From Salisapilia sapeloensis CBS 127946 (Eukaryota > Protista > Oomycota), in NCBI GenBank assembly GCA_023334545.1, contig JAADVB010000071.1, positions 9,296 through 73,295 of the forward strand: a stretch of 64,000 nucleotides of DNA, read 5' to 3'. A program made the translations under genes and the position numbers. This document shows, in pieces, positions 10,026 through 21,606 of the stretch. How positions within the stretch are numbered: position 1 is the stretch's first letter; each line of letters starts with the position of its first letter. The notes beneath the pieces are model-generated. The model made no database searches. It had not been told where the DNA came from and saw nothing but the letters and a program-made list of their open reading frames with translations.

Positions 10026-12790
10026 TCACCGGGTGATCATTCCCTTTTCGTGTTGTCTCTTTCGTGCGTTTTGAACCATCTCAATCTCTCGTCGCATCAA
10101 TCGACTTTTACAATCTAGTGCCAAATGTCTTCCGACTGCCTTCGCCTTCACAGACTCTGGACAGTCTAGCTGTGGACACTCAACGAGTCGATTGGGGCAC
10201 TCAGCTCTGTAGTGCTCACGCATGAATCTGTTCTTGACCATTACGCCACAACCTAATTCGCACTCCTCGAGCTCTTCCTTCGCGTGATACCTGTCGACTA
10301 AAAGTTCTCGATATCGCTTTCGTTCACATCGATTCTTGTTGTGCTGACTTTGGTCGCAGAATCGATACAATCGTCCACAACCTACTTCTCGGCAAGCGAC
10401 CATCCGATGAGGACATTCCAACCGATGATGCTTTTCCAAGTGGACCATCAAAACGTCCGCTTGGCACTGCTGTCGACATGGAACTTTTACATGTAAGCGA
10501 TCGGAAGCACGTTGTGCCAAGTGTTGTAGTCGTTGATTAATGACACAGCTCGATGATTCTCGTAGTGATGGTGTTGGCAACGCACCGAACTTGTGGCGAA
10601 GTTCTGGGGTGTCCAGTGCGACCCATTTTGTATAAATACAGGCTACTCGAGGACGTGAGAGCGACATATCGTCAACGGCATCTCCCATAGCTTCTTCTAG
10701 TGTCCAATACCCGAGCATTCGACCGGTATTGTAGAGTGTTGTGACTGGTAGGACAGTCGATGCAAACTGTTGTATTTTACTAACTGTCCTCACTTCCTTC
10801 CAATACCGGATTTCTTTGATAAAGCCTTGGAAGGACTCGGATGGAGCTGATGAACCAATATATTCCAAGGGCAGTTGAAACGTGCCTGCTTTCGTTGCCT
10901 TTAAAACGCCATCAACGTAGACTTGGAGCTCCGTAGCGGAAGCAGAGAGGGTCAAATGGGTCCATTGATTCCTCGGTAACTTGACCTTGAGATCAACTGC
11001 CCCTCTCTTGCGAGATGTCTGTCGGAAGAAAACGAGACTACCTTTATGTGAAAGAGAGATGGCGTTGCTGTAAGAAGAAGCAATGACGTGTCGACCACGC
11101 CTTGCTAGTAATTCCACTGGCATTGAGTCTGATAGAATAGCGAGCTTGCTATCCACTTTAGCCAATTCTCTCTCATACTTTCTACGCAAGCGCACGGCAT
11201 CGTCAGCATCCTCAACGACATTTTCAAGCTGCTCTTGGATTTGAGAACGCTTTCGAAGAGCTACTTGCTGCTTCTTTTGTGTCGATGCCGTATTAGAGCT
11301 AGATGCAGGTCGAATGCGTGCGCACCACTTTTGAGTACTTGCAACCATCTCCTTCGCTTCTTCATCCAGCAGACTAGCTAAGGATGAACGCTGCTCAAGA
11401 ATCTTCATTGTTTGATCCTTTACAGCCGCCTGTATTGCTTCTTTCTCCTCTTTCGTTTTGACAGATAAAAGTAGTTGATTTGCTTCTTGGACATAAACTT
11501 CTACCCATCCTTTTGCAAGCTCACTGGTTTTACGAGCGGTTGATACTCCTTTTTCAGCAGCACCAGACTCTTCTGCTAATGCTTTTGCTGTCACAGTCAT
11601 TGCAGCAGATAAAGCTTTTCCTTTAGCCTTCCGTTGTGTCGACTTGATTGCTCTAAATTTCTTGTTGCACTCTTCTGCTTGCACCTTCCATTTTACTAGT
11701 TCGTTTTGGCTATTTAGTTGTACTTCGTACTGCTTTAATGCCGCATACATCAAGCCTAGCACATCTTCTTGTTCGTCTATCATCCACAAGTAATATTCTG
11801 CTGTCCAAGGTGGAGCTTCATCCTTCTTACTAGATATCTCGTCTACATCTAGACTAGTACGTAGATTTATCCGAGCATCGGCATTGACTGGAAACTGCAA
11901 TAGTGTACGATGTTTTGCCAAAGCTGTGAAGTCTTCGTGTAGGTGCCTTTCACGCCATCGTAACTGAACTTTGCAGCCATGGAGGCTGTTCTTGCAACGC
12001 ACCACTCTACTGATGCATTCCTCTTTCCAATGCTTCGGCATCTTCCCCCTTTTAATGCTCTCGCCACACTCCGGGCATGCAACAGCTTCATTTTGACGCC
12101 GAGCACGCTCGGCGAGATCATTCCGGAGCAGTGTGACGCTGCATTCAGTCTTGACATGATGATCGAAATCCTCGACAGGCACCCATTCGACACAGCCTCT
12201 CTCTGCATTCGGACAAGGTCGTTCTCGCTTTGGACACTCATCCTCTTGATGATCTAGCAACTTACGTTTGGGAACAATGTTTTCACACCAGTCACACACT
12301 GTTGTCTCACTAAGTTTCTCCGCATCTCGAGCGATAGCTGCACGACGCTGGGCAACGATGCATTCGTTCTGCATATGTAAGTCGGTGCTATCGGCTGGAA
12401 AGGTCATCTCGCATCCCCATTCCGCAAAAGAGCATGGTACAATACGCTTTGGACAATCGTGCAGCTGATGTTGTCTTAGCTGTTTTTTACTTAGTAACGG
12501 AGACGAGCCTGTATCTCCTTGACACCTTTCACACTGATGAATTGGATCCAGGCCGGATGCGTGATTCTGTAGAATCTGCCTCGTCTTTTTAGCAGTGAGG
12601 CAGTCTAAAAGTTCATGCTTTCTTCGCTCATACGCTGGAAATGACTTCCCACAACCAGGTTTCAAGCATCGGATCCTTCTATACGTGCACAACGTTTCTT
12701 TATGGCGTTGATATTGAGTTACCAAAACCTCTTCGCCGCATTCGCAAAACAGTACACTTTGGTTTGAAGAGTTTGGAGGTGACAGCTTCT
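10026..12790 (-). CDS. TRAF-type zinc-finger repeat protein with coiled coil and LamG/ConA-like domain; further 5' exons probably extend toward about 13.6 kb
   Basis: Repeated C-P-x-R-x-V-x-C..GC..H..x-C units at both ends; WTHLTLS..LQVYVDGVL..YIGS..FQGFIKEIRYW (LamG). Acceptor CCTACAG near 12790 and a likely exon at about 12862-12980. Confidence 0.72.
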
Positions 12791-13748
12791 GTAGGTAGAA
12801 TATTCAGAGAGGTGATCAGTTTAATATGAAGGTTAGTCGTATAGGAAATCAGAAAGAAATTACAGGGGACGAGCGTAGTTTTATAGACGGCGGCTTTTTG
12901 ACTGGAGTAGTTTCTATCTTGTTCAATAGATCACGACGCTGTCTTTCAATTTGTTCCAAGGATTGAGCAATTGCACGTCTACATGAACGCATCGATTTTA
13001 TTTAGTCTCCTTGTTCGTATACGATCGTATTCCGAAACTGTACAGCTCAGCATCCTTCGTGGAAGTATCATCTAGAGTTGATTTTTTTGTGGGGGATTGA
13101 ATCAATGGCTTTGTGAATGCTACCCATTCTACTCGACCCCCTTCACTGTTAGAGGTCATGGTACTTGTACAAGAATCGCAGCATCTTTTTTCGAGCAAGA
13201 AGTTACCATAGCTATTTTTGACACATTAAATTCGCCGTTTTATCCGGAATGCCTTAGTTGTTCATCGTACGAAACTTTAGAGCTTGTAGAAGCCATTGCA
13301 TTCTCATCTTGTCAACTACATGCGTAACTTTCAACGTAGTTTTCTATCGCGGATGCTACTTGGCAATCGAACGATGTCTTTCTGAATAGTGTCGCCTCGT
13401 AGGAATCAGGTATGAATAAGCGGCTATGCAAAGTCGCTCATGAGATGATGCAGAGAACATTAAGAGGCCAATAGCTTGTTCATCCCGCTTCACGCCACTG
13501 TCGTCATGTTCCCACCCCAATTCTCATTCGCGCTCGCACTATCACACATAGACAAGCTACTGGGATTGTTTTTTCGTGTAACCTCCAGCGGCTCGTGAGA
13601 GATAAAGCGCCATTTCCTTCTACTTTTAAACAAGGAATATGAGCATGTCACACTCCTCAATCTCCTCGGTCGATCAAGAATCGAAGCTTATCTCGGCCTG
13701 CTTGCTCGATCAGTTGTCAACTTCTCTTGTGCTGATAAAAATACTTTC

Positions 13749-14471
13749 TTGCCAGTTTCGACATTCAACAATCCCGATTGCCGCATTAACGTAGCTATGG
13801 ATACTTCTGCCGGTAAGACAGCTCGACTGCAACGATGGCAGTTCAAGCTAAAGTGTGCCTTTAGTCGTCGATATTCGAACAACCATTGCAAGTCGAACGG
13901 ATTTGATAGTCTCAGAAAAGACCCTATCGTGACGCAAGAGAGTTTGACCAGGAATGAAAGCGAGACTCTGTTATACAAAGACTCGGACAGCGAAGAGTCT
14001 AGCGGTTCATTTTATGAACCTTTTCCCCGTCAAACTTTTCATGCGCATGAGCAAGCAGAAACTTTCCACGAACATGAAGAGGACAAAAATGAAGTGGCTA
14101 GCCGTGAGAGTCTACCTGAAGAATCTTCATCCGTGCCAACTACTCGTAGCTCGCTTTCAAGTGTACTCTTAAAAGGAAAATCGCTGGCGATGAACAGTGG
14201 CACGAATGTCAAGACTTGGAGTGTCCAAGCTGGAAATGCTGTGGTGTCCGCTGCCAGCAAAGCCTCAGTTACCACTAGAGCTTCCTTACCTTCTCTACCC
14301 GGTGGTCGCAATAGTTCCCTTCAGGATGAACTAGATCGGTTTCATCGACAACATGAGGAAGACATCGGTGCCATCGCGAAGAGCGGACCGGAAGACGTTC
14401 TACTCCAGCAGGACATTCTAGATCAGTGGTACGATGAACCAGAGATGCAGGATGGTGTTTGGGAATATTAA
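13749..14471 (+). CDS. Hypothetical protein (acidic/Ser-rich); start uncertain
   Basis: 240-aa ORF with protein-like composition, convergent on the next gene; no family recognised. Confidence 0.5.
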   Translation: MPVSTFNNPDCRINVAMDTSAGKTARLQRWQFKLKCAFSRRYSNNHCKSNGFDSLRKDPIVTQESLTRNESETLLYKDSDSEESSGSFYEPFPRQTFHAHEQAETFHEHEEDKNEVASRESLPEESSSVPTTRSSLSSVLLKGKSLAMNSGTNVKTWSVQAGNAVVSAASKASVTTRASLPSLPGGRNSSLQDELDRFHRQHEEDIGAIAKSGPEDVLLQQDILDQWYDEPEMQDGVWEY

Positions 14472-14549
14472 AACAATATCCAATACGATCAACAGCAAGA
14501 CTAGTCATGAATGCAAAAAGCAAACGTTATTACGAAAATTACTCTTTTC

Positions 14550-16784
14550 TCATAATTCCTGTTCCATCTGATTGCCCGCTGTCAAGTCAGTCTCTCGTGG
14601 TGATCGCGTCGCTGTGCCAAGAAAAATGCTGTAGACACTACTCATCTCTCGCGCCCAATCCTCTAATTCCAACGGCATTATCTCAATCAGCTCTTCCACA
14701 TCCTGCATGGCAGGCCAGTCTACCTCACGTCCGACGTTTGATTCGTAAGCTTGCATGGAAAATGTAATTGCCTTCTGCACGACACTCTGCGGCCAATATC
14801 CCACCTCTGCAAACAACCTGTCGCGAGCCTCTGTCTTTGCATCAACTTGGTCGAATGCAATCATTTTACCTTCTTCGACATTGTCCTGTAACGTATCCAA
14901 CGCTTCGTCCATTGTCACGAGCGAACTGTAGACATTAAACGTCCGTCCACGATGCAGAGGAAACGTCCATGCCATGGTTGCTACAGCTTTTGCAGCGTCG
15001 TTCATTGAGATAAAGTATTGTAGTGTGTTGGCCAGTGTTAGTTCCGATAGAGGAAGCTCTGGAGTACCTTTGTTCTCGACTTGAGGTTCCCTCTCCTCAA
15101 TTGCATCATTAGTCTTTGCCGCCTTATCGCCTTCATGTTCCTCGTCACCGGCACCAAAGAACGCAGAGTCAATCGGACCTTCAGGTGACGGCGTCCGAGT
15201 CTTGGTGCTTGACAAGGCACAGAAATATTCCATGAAAAGCGGAAAGCGGATGATGGTATGAGCCACCTGTGCGTTTACAAGGTATTGCTCCATCTCGTAC
15301 AATCGACCGAGCTCATCCTCCGCGCCTTCCTTGGCAAAGATGGAGCTTACCATGACGATGCCGCATACTTTCGCCGACACACAAGCGTTGATAACTAGTT
15401 CCACGATCTCTTGGCAGTACTCACCACCGAGACATAATGGTGGCACTAAGAGCACTACGTCCATCGTATGCAATTGAGGTCCGAGTCCAGGTCGTATTCC
15501 CAATGGAGCCGACGGTTGCCCTGCAATCTCAAACAAGTGACGATAATTAGTTCCTTCCGAGGCCGCTCGTATAGAGCACAATGTCACTTGTCGATGATCT
15601 ATGCTTTCTTCCTCACCCCTCTCTTCCTTGTCTCCAAATGCACTCGCCATTTCCTTCAATTCTAACTGTGCAATCTCTTGAAACAAAGCATCCGCCCGGT
15701 CTCCCAAGACAAAGAGCTGCAAGTCATTCTGAGATGTAGCTTCGAAGTAATGGGCGTGACTGTTGATCCAGTCCGTGACAGAAGTCGGCTCCTTGTTCGT
15801 TATCGTTTGGTAGTGGTTGGACGCCCAAATGTCGTTCGGGATTTCCATATTCTGGTGACCGCCGTATCCACGTGCCCACTCCAAGTACGCTTCCAACTGG
15901 ACGAGTGACTGGACAAATGCCATCGCTTTTAAGCCATCTCGTTTCGCTCGATATAAGAATTCAGGTGCAGGAACATATCGGTATCGGATCCTATGGTCGA
16001 GTGCATTTGACAGAAAATGCGCCACTTCACTTGGACTCGTCGTTAGCTCGGAGCTCGTGAGTGTATACACCTTGTCAAAGTCTTGCTTCCATCGCATCAG
16101 CACTTCTGCTGCTGCGGTTGCAACGTCTTGCATGGAAATACAGGGTATTTTATATGCATCTTCAAAGCATCCAGTGATCCGATTCGCGTAGATAACTTCC
16201 GATCGGCATTCCAACAGCGTTTCCATGAGAAGAGGAACACGTAGCGAAACGCTATTGCGTAGTTGTTCCGCCGCGTATTCTTCCAGAGCTTTGTAGCTTT
16301 GTGCTCGCATCGTATTGAGGCTTATTTCGTCAATATTTCTAGAGCTATGTTCGTCTCGGTACGCATCATGATCGTCTTTCATGTGGAGCATCCACAGATC
16401 CGTGGACGCCGTGACACTACTGATCATGACAAACCGGATGGGTGATTGTGCAGTCGAAGCACTTTGGACAGCATCAATAACACGTCTCGAGAGTTCAATA
16501 CCTGCAGGTGTAATGTCCGAGATGAGCAGAACGGAATGAGCTCGCTGGACTATCTTGTAAATGGACTCGGGGCGATTAAGATCGCATTCCCTCACGATGC
16601 ACTTGGTTGACCGTTGTAAACTCTTGGCGTTCATATTTGTCGGATCTGGAACTGGAAGAACGACTTTGCATCTACCTTTTTCGCCGTTGGAAAGACCTCG
16701 AATGACGCATCGACCAAGGCGTGTTGTCCCGCCAAACACGACAATGATACGTACACCCACGAGCTTTCGTAAGGATACACCCAT
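14550..16784 (-). CDS. Tandem NmrA-like (atypical SDR, Rossmann fold) domain protein
   Basis: IVVFGGTTRLG Rossmann start; two NmrA-like segments (SLRVPLLMET..CISMQDVATAAAEVL; IIRFPLFMEY..FISMNDAAKAVA). Confidence 0.62.
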   Translation of the reverse strand: MGVSLRKLVGVRIIVVFGGTTRLGRCVIRGLSNGEKGRCKVVLPVPDPTNMNAKSLQRSTKCIVRECDLNRPESIYKIVQRAHSVLLISDITPAGIELSRRVIDAVQSASTAQSPIRFVMISSVTASTDLWMLHMKDDHDAYRDEHSSRNIDEISLNTMRAQSYKALEEYAAEQLRNSVSLRVPLLMETLLECRSEVIYANRITGCFEDAYKIPCISMQDVATAAAEVLMRWKQDFDKVYTLTSSELTTSPSEVAHFLSNALDHRIRYRYVPAPEFLYRAKRDGLKAMAFVQSLVQLEAYLEWARGYGGHQNMEIPNDIWASNHYQTITNKEPTSVTDWINSHAHYFEATSQNDLQLFVLGDRADALFQEIAQLELKEMASAFGDKEERGEEESIDHRQVTLCSIRAASEGTNYRHLFEIAGQPSAPLGIRPGLGPQLHTMDVVLLVPPLCLGGEYCQEIVELVINACVSAKVCGIVMVSSIFAKEGAEDELGRLYEMEQYLVNAQVAHTIIRFPLFMEYFCALSSTKTRTPSPEGPIDSAFFGAGDEEHEGDKAAKTNDAIEEREPQVENKGTPELPLSELTLANTLQYFISMNDAAKAVATMAWTFPLHRGRTFNVYSSLVTMDEALDTLQDNVEEGKMIAFDQVDAKTEARDRLFAEVGYWPQSVVQKAITFSMQAYESNVGREVDWPAMQDVEELIEIMPLELEDWAREMSSVYSIFLGTATRSPRETDLTAGNQMEQEL

Positions 16785-17459
16785 GAAAGCTCCGAGGTGG
16801 TAGTAGCAGAGACGAAAAAGCTTAAATGAGTGTCGATGCAACGAAAGAGGCCAAGAATAGTGCTTGGAGCAGCGAAAGAAATCGACTGACTAGTGTCTCA
16901 ATGGTCTCGGCACATCATGGATGCTTCGTCATATTGAAGTACTCGCGACCTTTCATGCTCAGATCGATCTGTCAAGGGTCACTATCCACTGTCCAACTCC
17001 GCAACAGAAAGCTCCTTGCGAGAGATGGCTAGTAAGGGCAATGACAGGTTCTCCAAGACAGTCGTATATGCAGAAGATATGACGGATCTTATGCTTGAAA
17101 AGGTGCTGGCGACAGCTAGGGAAGGCTTCCAACTACAAATCACAGTACGTCCATTTGTACTGGTGACAGGAAGAGACCGCAGGATACTAACATAAGCAAT
17201 GGCTAGTCTGGCAAAACGTACTCGAAGATTGCTGACTTTGTACGATACAGCATCGAAAAGGAGTATGGAAGAGGTTGGAACTGTGTCGTGGGGTCGTCCT
17301 TTGGTGCGTACGTGACTCATGAGATCAAAACGTACGTCTACTTTAGCGTTGCAGCGGGGGTATCCGTCCTCGTATGGAAGACCTAGAGATACAAGTAGAC
17401 TCGAAAGATCGTTTAATTTCTTGCAAACTTGTCATTCGTTTTAATCTATCAACGCAATT

Positions 17460-20297
17460 TTACGCCACATCGTCACGCGGTCTTTTCAGCCGCTGGAGAA
17501 TCCCGATCGATGCTTGTTCGTCGTACTCTTCATTCACAGAAGCTGGCGCAAGAGAAGGTCGAGGTGAATGCACAATCTGTCTTCCACCTGCAGCCATCTC
17601 AATCAGCATATCCGCTGCATTCGCTGGATCAATTGTCACAACATCAATCGCATCCAAATGATCTTCCGTCCATTCCGTTTCAATCGACTGACTCCGTAGG
17701 ACATTCCACATGGGTGACTCCTGTCTAAACTTCGTTCCAGACAATCGTACGATGACTTTCAGGACTCTCGATCGCTTCAACTTGTGGCAGACGTGGGCCA
17801 ATGCTCGTATCACAAGACCACTCGCTTCATCATCATCCATCACAACCACGACGGCATCCACCGCCCGTTGCGACGGTTCCAAGTACGCTTGAACTTGAGT
17901 CATGTACCGTTCGATACCTTCTCTCCTATCCTCTTTACTCTGTTCATCATCCAATTCTCTTGACAGAACACTCCACCCGCATGCTTCCAATCGACCTAAC
18001 GTACCAAGGTGCTTCTCCGTCTGCCCAGCAGCACAGAGCACCACGGCCGTAAGTCCATCGACCCTTCCTTTTATAAGCTTCTTGGCATCGCCATTGTATC
18101 TCAATGCGATACGTAGCAACGGTGGTCCAAGTATTTGATTCAGGACGACAACTGTGACGATCAATGTGGAAAAGTAGGTCCCCCAGCCTGGGTACAGTAG
18201 CTGCACTTGCTTGGCTAGGCCAAGTGTCACTCCTGCTTGCGTCACATATGCCATCCACCCCGTGTATCTCATACGTTTCTCTTCTCTCGCGAGTACATTG
18301 GCAAAGCCGTTGCCAAGAACGATCGCAACGATGTGGACACAGCAAAGTGCTAGTGCTAGAACCAAGGCACTGCCCATGGTCTCCAGCTCTAATGAAGCAC
18401 CAGTCAACGTAAAGAAACAGACATACACGATATCACTTAAAGCATGCAGCAACGAGCTAACGTCTTCTGTCACTCCGCCACTACCTTTACCCTGCAGTGC
18501 CCGTTTGTCGAGAGTATTGTACATGACGACGCCTGTCATCATACAGCAGAGGAGTGGCTCGAGATACGGATGAAAAGCATGTCCAGCAGTGAAGAGAGCC
18601 CATCCAAGGGCAAGTAGTAGAGCCTCCTTACTCCACTGTAAGACTAGCGTACCCTTTCCTTTCCTCTTGAAGCGTGCAGGTCGCCATGATATAATAAAAG
18701 CAAAGACATAGCCTAGGATGAAGCCACCAGCGACAGCACTCGATAGTTGAATGAACAGCGTGAGAAAGTCGCCGGAAGATGCTTCATGGTCCTTTAGGAA
18801 GCTTTCTGTAATGTGCGAATTGATGTTGAATAGAACGATGACCAACAAGTCACAGACGACCGTGACGGTGAACACAAGTGTCGTGAAGTAGCCTCGTGAC
18901 TTTGTCTCTTGGATCACTGCGAGGGCAGAGGAAGGACTACGTGCAGTCATGAGACATCCAGCTAAGAGTGCAATGGCGACGGTCTCTCCACTTGTCGTTC
19001 CGTCTAGAAAGTCAATCATACTACTCAAAGCGAAGATGGCTGCAGCGATCATCGCGTATTCAATCGCAGTCAATAGTAAAGTGAAAATGATGATGCTACG
19101 TTTCATATGCTTCATCTGTCGTAGATGCAGCTTGGCGCCTGCAGAGAGTCCGATGATTGCTAAGGAAATTTCATCGACGACACGAAGGTGGGAGATCTGG
19201 TCCTTGTGGATAAATCCCAACAAGTATGGACCTACTAGGACACCAGTGAAGATATATCCTGTGATTAGGGGCAAGCCGACGAATGGAAAAAGGTGGGCAA
19301 TGGTTCGAGACGCGAGTGAAACGATGATAAAGGTGAGTGCTAGCTGTAGGTCTGGGTAGTACTCGTTGCTTAAAACAGCGTTTGGATCGACGTACACAGG
19401 TTCTAATTCTCGTGCTTGAAGACTGTTGTCATCTGTAAAGTGGTCTACAACGACAGAACGTCCTGCTCCATTTTCCAACATGCAATAGATGGATAGTTCA
19501 CCTGCTTTCCATGAATTATCCTTTTCGCCTACAATGTACGTAAGGATATAATCTGTGTCTGTGGAAGCAATGAGACTGTCTCCGACGGATACATTGTTGA
19601 TGACACAAAAAGACTGATTCGAGACATCTAAACGGTACTGAGGCTGCTGAAATGAGACCTGGACTTCAATTACTGATCCAGCATGTGCTGGCCGGTCAGA
19701 GGATAGCAGGATACTAGTGGAAGCAATCTGTGGTGTGTCTGTATCGATTTCAAAGTCGAGTGACACATTTCTCTGTAGTAATTTGGTCCGATTCGTGTCT
19801 GAGCTTTCGATCTCACAACTTATTGGAAGCAGCGAGCTACCATTTCTATTTACCGTAAAGAGACTTGCATCTGATTTGGATACAACGTACTGGACGCTAT
19901 AAACGTCCAATGTGTCATCAAAGGCATGGCTGTCATCCGTAGTAATATTATACGGATCCAATGAACCACTCACTGTACTCAGAAAAAGATCATCAGCACC
20001 ATTAATTGCGCAAAGGCCGGAAGCATTCGCTGGTATGTCAGGTGACTGCATGAAGATGGTTACGACCGAGTTAATGGTCGCTGGCTCGTCCGAAGACTGC
20101 ACCACTAAGCGGACATCATCTACCATATCACCCCCAGCAGATCCACTAGTAGTCGAACCAGTGTGTTGGGCGATTGCAAGAGCGTATAACAAGCTCAGTA
20201 GCGTCAACGCTAGTAAAGGCACCGTCATGCTCGCCATGAGTACCCAAAAGACGTTTTGGATCTGAGTTGGTCGTCTTGGGTGCACTTTTTGTACCAT
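17460..20297 (-). CDS. Monovalent cation/H+ antiporter (CPA2/Kef-like) with N-terminal TM/signal segment and luminal repeats
   Basis: LPLITGYIFTGVLVGPYLLG, ARSPSSALAVIQE, VVCDLLVI, AGVTLGLA and many hydrophobic helices; first ATG at 20297. Confidence 0.85.
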   Translation of the reverse strand: MVQKVHPRRPTQIQNVFWVLMASMTVPLLALTLLSLLYALAIAQHTGSTTSGSAGGDMVDDVRLVVQSSDEPATINSVVTIFMQSPDIPANASGLCAINGADDLFLSTVSGSLDPYNITTDDSHAFDDTLDVYSVQYVVSKSDASLFTVNRNGSSLLPISCEIESSDTNRTKLLQRNVSLDFEIDTDTPQIASTSILLSSDRPAHAGSVIEVQVSFQQPQYRLDVSNQSFCVINNVSVGDSLIASTDTDYILTYIVGEKDNSWKAGELSIYCMLENGAGRSVVVDHFTDDNSLQARELEPVYVDPNAVLSNEYYPDLQLALTFIIVSLASRTIAHLFPFVGLPLITGYIFTGVLVGPYLLGFIHKDQISHLRVVDEISLAIIGLSAGAKLHLRQMKHMKRSIIIFTLLLTAIEYAMIAAAIFALSSMIDFLDGTTSGETVAIALLAGCLMTARSPSSALAVIQETKSRGYFTTLVFTVTVVCDLLVIVLFNINSHITESFLKDHEASSGDFLTLFIQLSSAVAGGFILGYVFAFIISWRPARFKRKGKGTLVLQWSKEALLLALGWALFTAGHAFHPYLEPLLCCMMTGVVMYNTLDKRALQGKGSGGVTEDVSSLLHALSDIVYVCFFTLTGASLELETMGSALVLALALCCVHIVAIVLGNGFANVLAREEKRMRYTGWMAYVTQAGVTLGLAKQVQLLYPGWGTYFSTLIVTVVVLNQILGPPLLRIALRYNGDAKKLIKGRVDGLTAVVLCAAGQTEKHLGTLGRLEACGWSVLSRELDDEQSKEDRREGIERYMTQVQAYLEPSQRAVDAVVVVMDDDEASGLVIRALAHVCHKLKRSRVLKVIVRLSGTKFRQESPMWNVLRSQSIETEWTEDHLDAIDVVTIDPANAADMLIEMAAGGRQIVHSPRPSLAPASVNEEYDEQASIGILQRLKRPRDDVA

Positions 20298-20365
20298 TTC
20301 GGTGGTACTATAACGGTACAATTTTGCGGACAGCACTTCATCTAGCTTTCGAATACTCAGCTATA

Positions 20366-21480
20366 ATGTGGTCTCGTCGAGGTTTTCGTGCCTTCACGAC
20401 GACGTCTAGAAGTATAGCTGGACTCCAAAGCACACGTATTGATTTGGCGGGTGAGACATCACTTCATGCATTGGCACCTGCGTCCAAAAGTGATCGTCAT
20501 GCCATCCTGTGTCTTCCATCCGCATTCGGTACGCATTGACAAGCATTTGCTATTGGACAAGGTTGTCATCTTAAGTTTATTATGCTTTGCAATTGAGTAG
20601 GATCTGCAGCAACGGACTTTGCGCCACAATTGGAAGAGCTAAGTATGGACTATGACATGATTGCCATTGACCCCCGTGGCTATGGCGACTCTCGTCCACC
20701 AGAGCGCAGCTTCTCGGATAATTTCTTAGAGAGAGATGCTGACGATGCCGCACAAGTAATGCAGTCTTTGGGATACAACCAAGTAGGTTTCACTCCGTTC
20801 CAAATGCAGCCAAATCCCACTAATGTGTGTCATAGTTCTCCGTCCTCGGGTGGAGTGCAGGTGCCAACGTCGCCGCCATCCTCGCTGGAAAGTATCCGGA
20901 CCTCGTGTCTCGACTCGTCCTTGTAAATGGAAACGTATACTCTGTCCATCTCCCATCACTCTTGCCAAGGTATTAAATGCTGTTTATATGTAGGCTTTTG
21001 TTGCAGAGGAAGACTTGGAAGCTATGGAAGAATACGAAAATCCAAGTCAGTGGGCAGCTGACAGTCGCAGGCGTCGAGAGCAGATCTACGGAGAAGACCA
21101 GCTCCGATCTGGCTGGTTCGGTACGTCCTTCTATTCAACTCTCATCGCATAAGTCACCTAACTTTCGTATAGAATTGCTGTCTGTGATGCGAGGCATCTA
21201 CGATAAAGACGGCGACCTCTGCTGTGGCTGGCTACCTCAAATCCACTGCAAGACACTGGTCGTAAAAGGAGAGGACGATGACAATATTGCCGAGTATCAT
21301 AGTGAATACCTAAGCGAACGCATCCTTCACTCTCGACTGCACATTGTCCCGGAAGGTCATCACGACTTGCACTTGTCTCAATCTCACGACTTTCACAAAG
21401 TCCTTCGAGAGTTTCTAGAAGAACCAGACGATAAGATGACCCAAAGCCGTGAATACGTCGCTATCCCATCTAAAAAATAA
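20366..21480 (+). CDS. Alpha/beta hydrolase, BPHL (valacyclovirase)-like, multi-exon
   Basis: IAIDPRGYGDSRPPER, VLGWSAGAN nucleophile elbow, TLVVKGEDD, GHHDLHL; presequence-like MWSRRGFRAFTTTSRS; introns after 20527, about 20782 and elsewhere. Confidence 0.8.
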
Positions 21481-21606
21481 CCAAGTCACTTTACTTGTAA
21501 TCGTTTGTATTTTTGAATTTGACTGCTCTTGCGGTCGCTACTTTTTCTTTCGAATTTACACACCTTTCCATCCAAAGGTATTAACCATCTTCATGATAAG
21601 CTCGTC

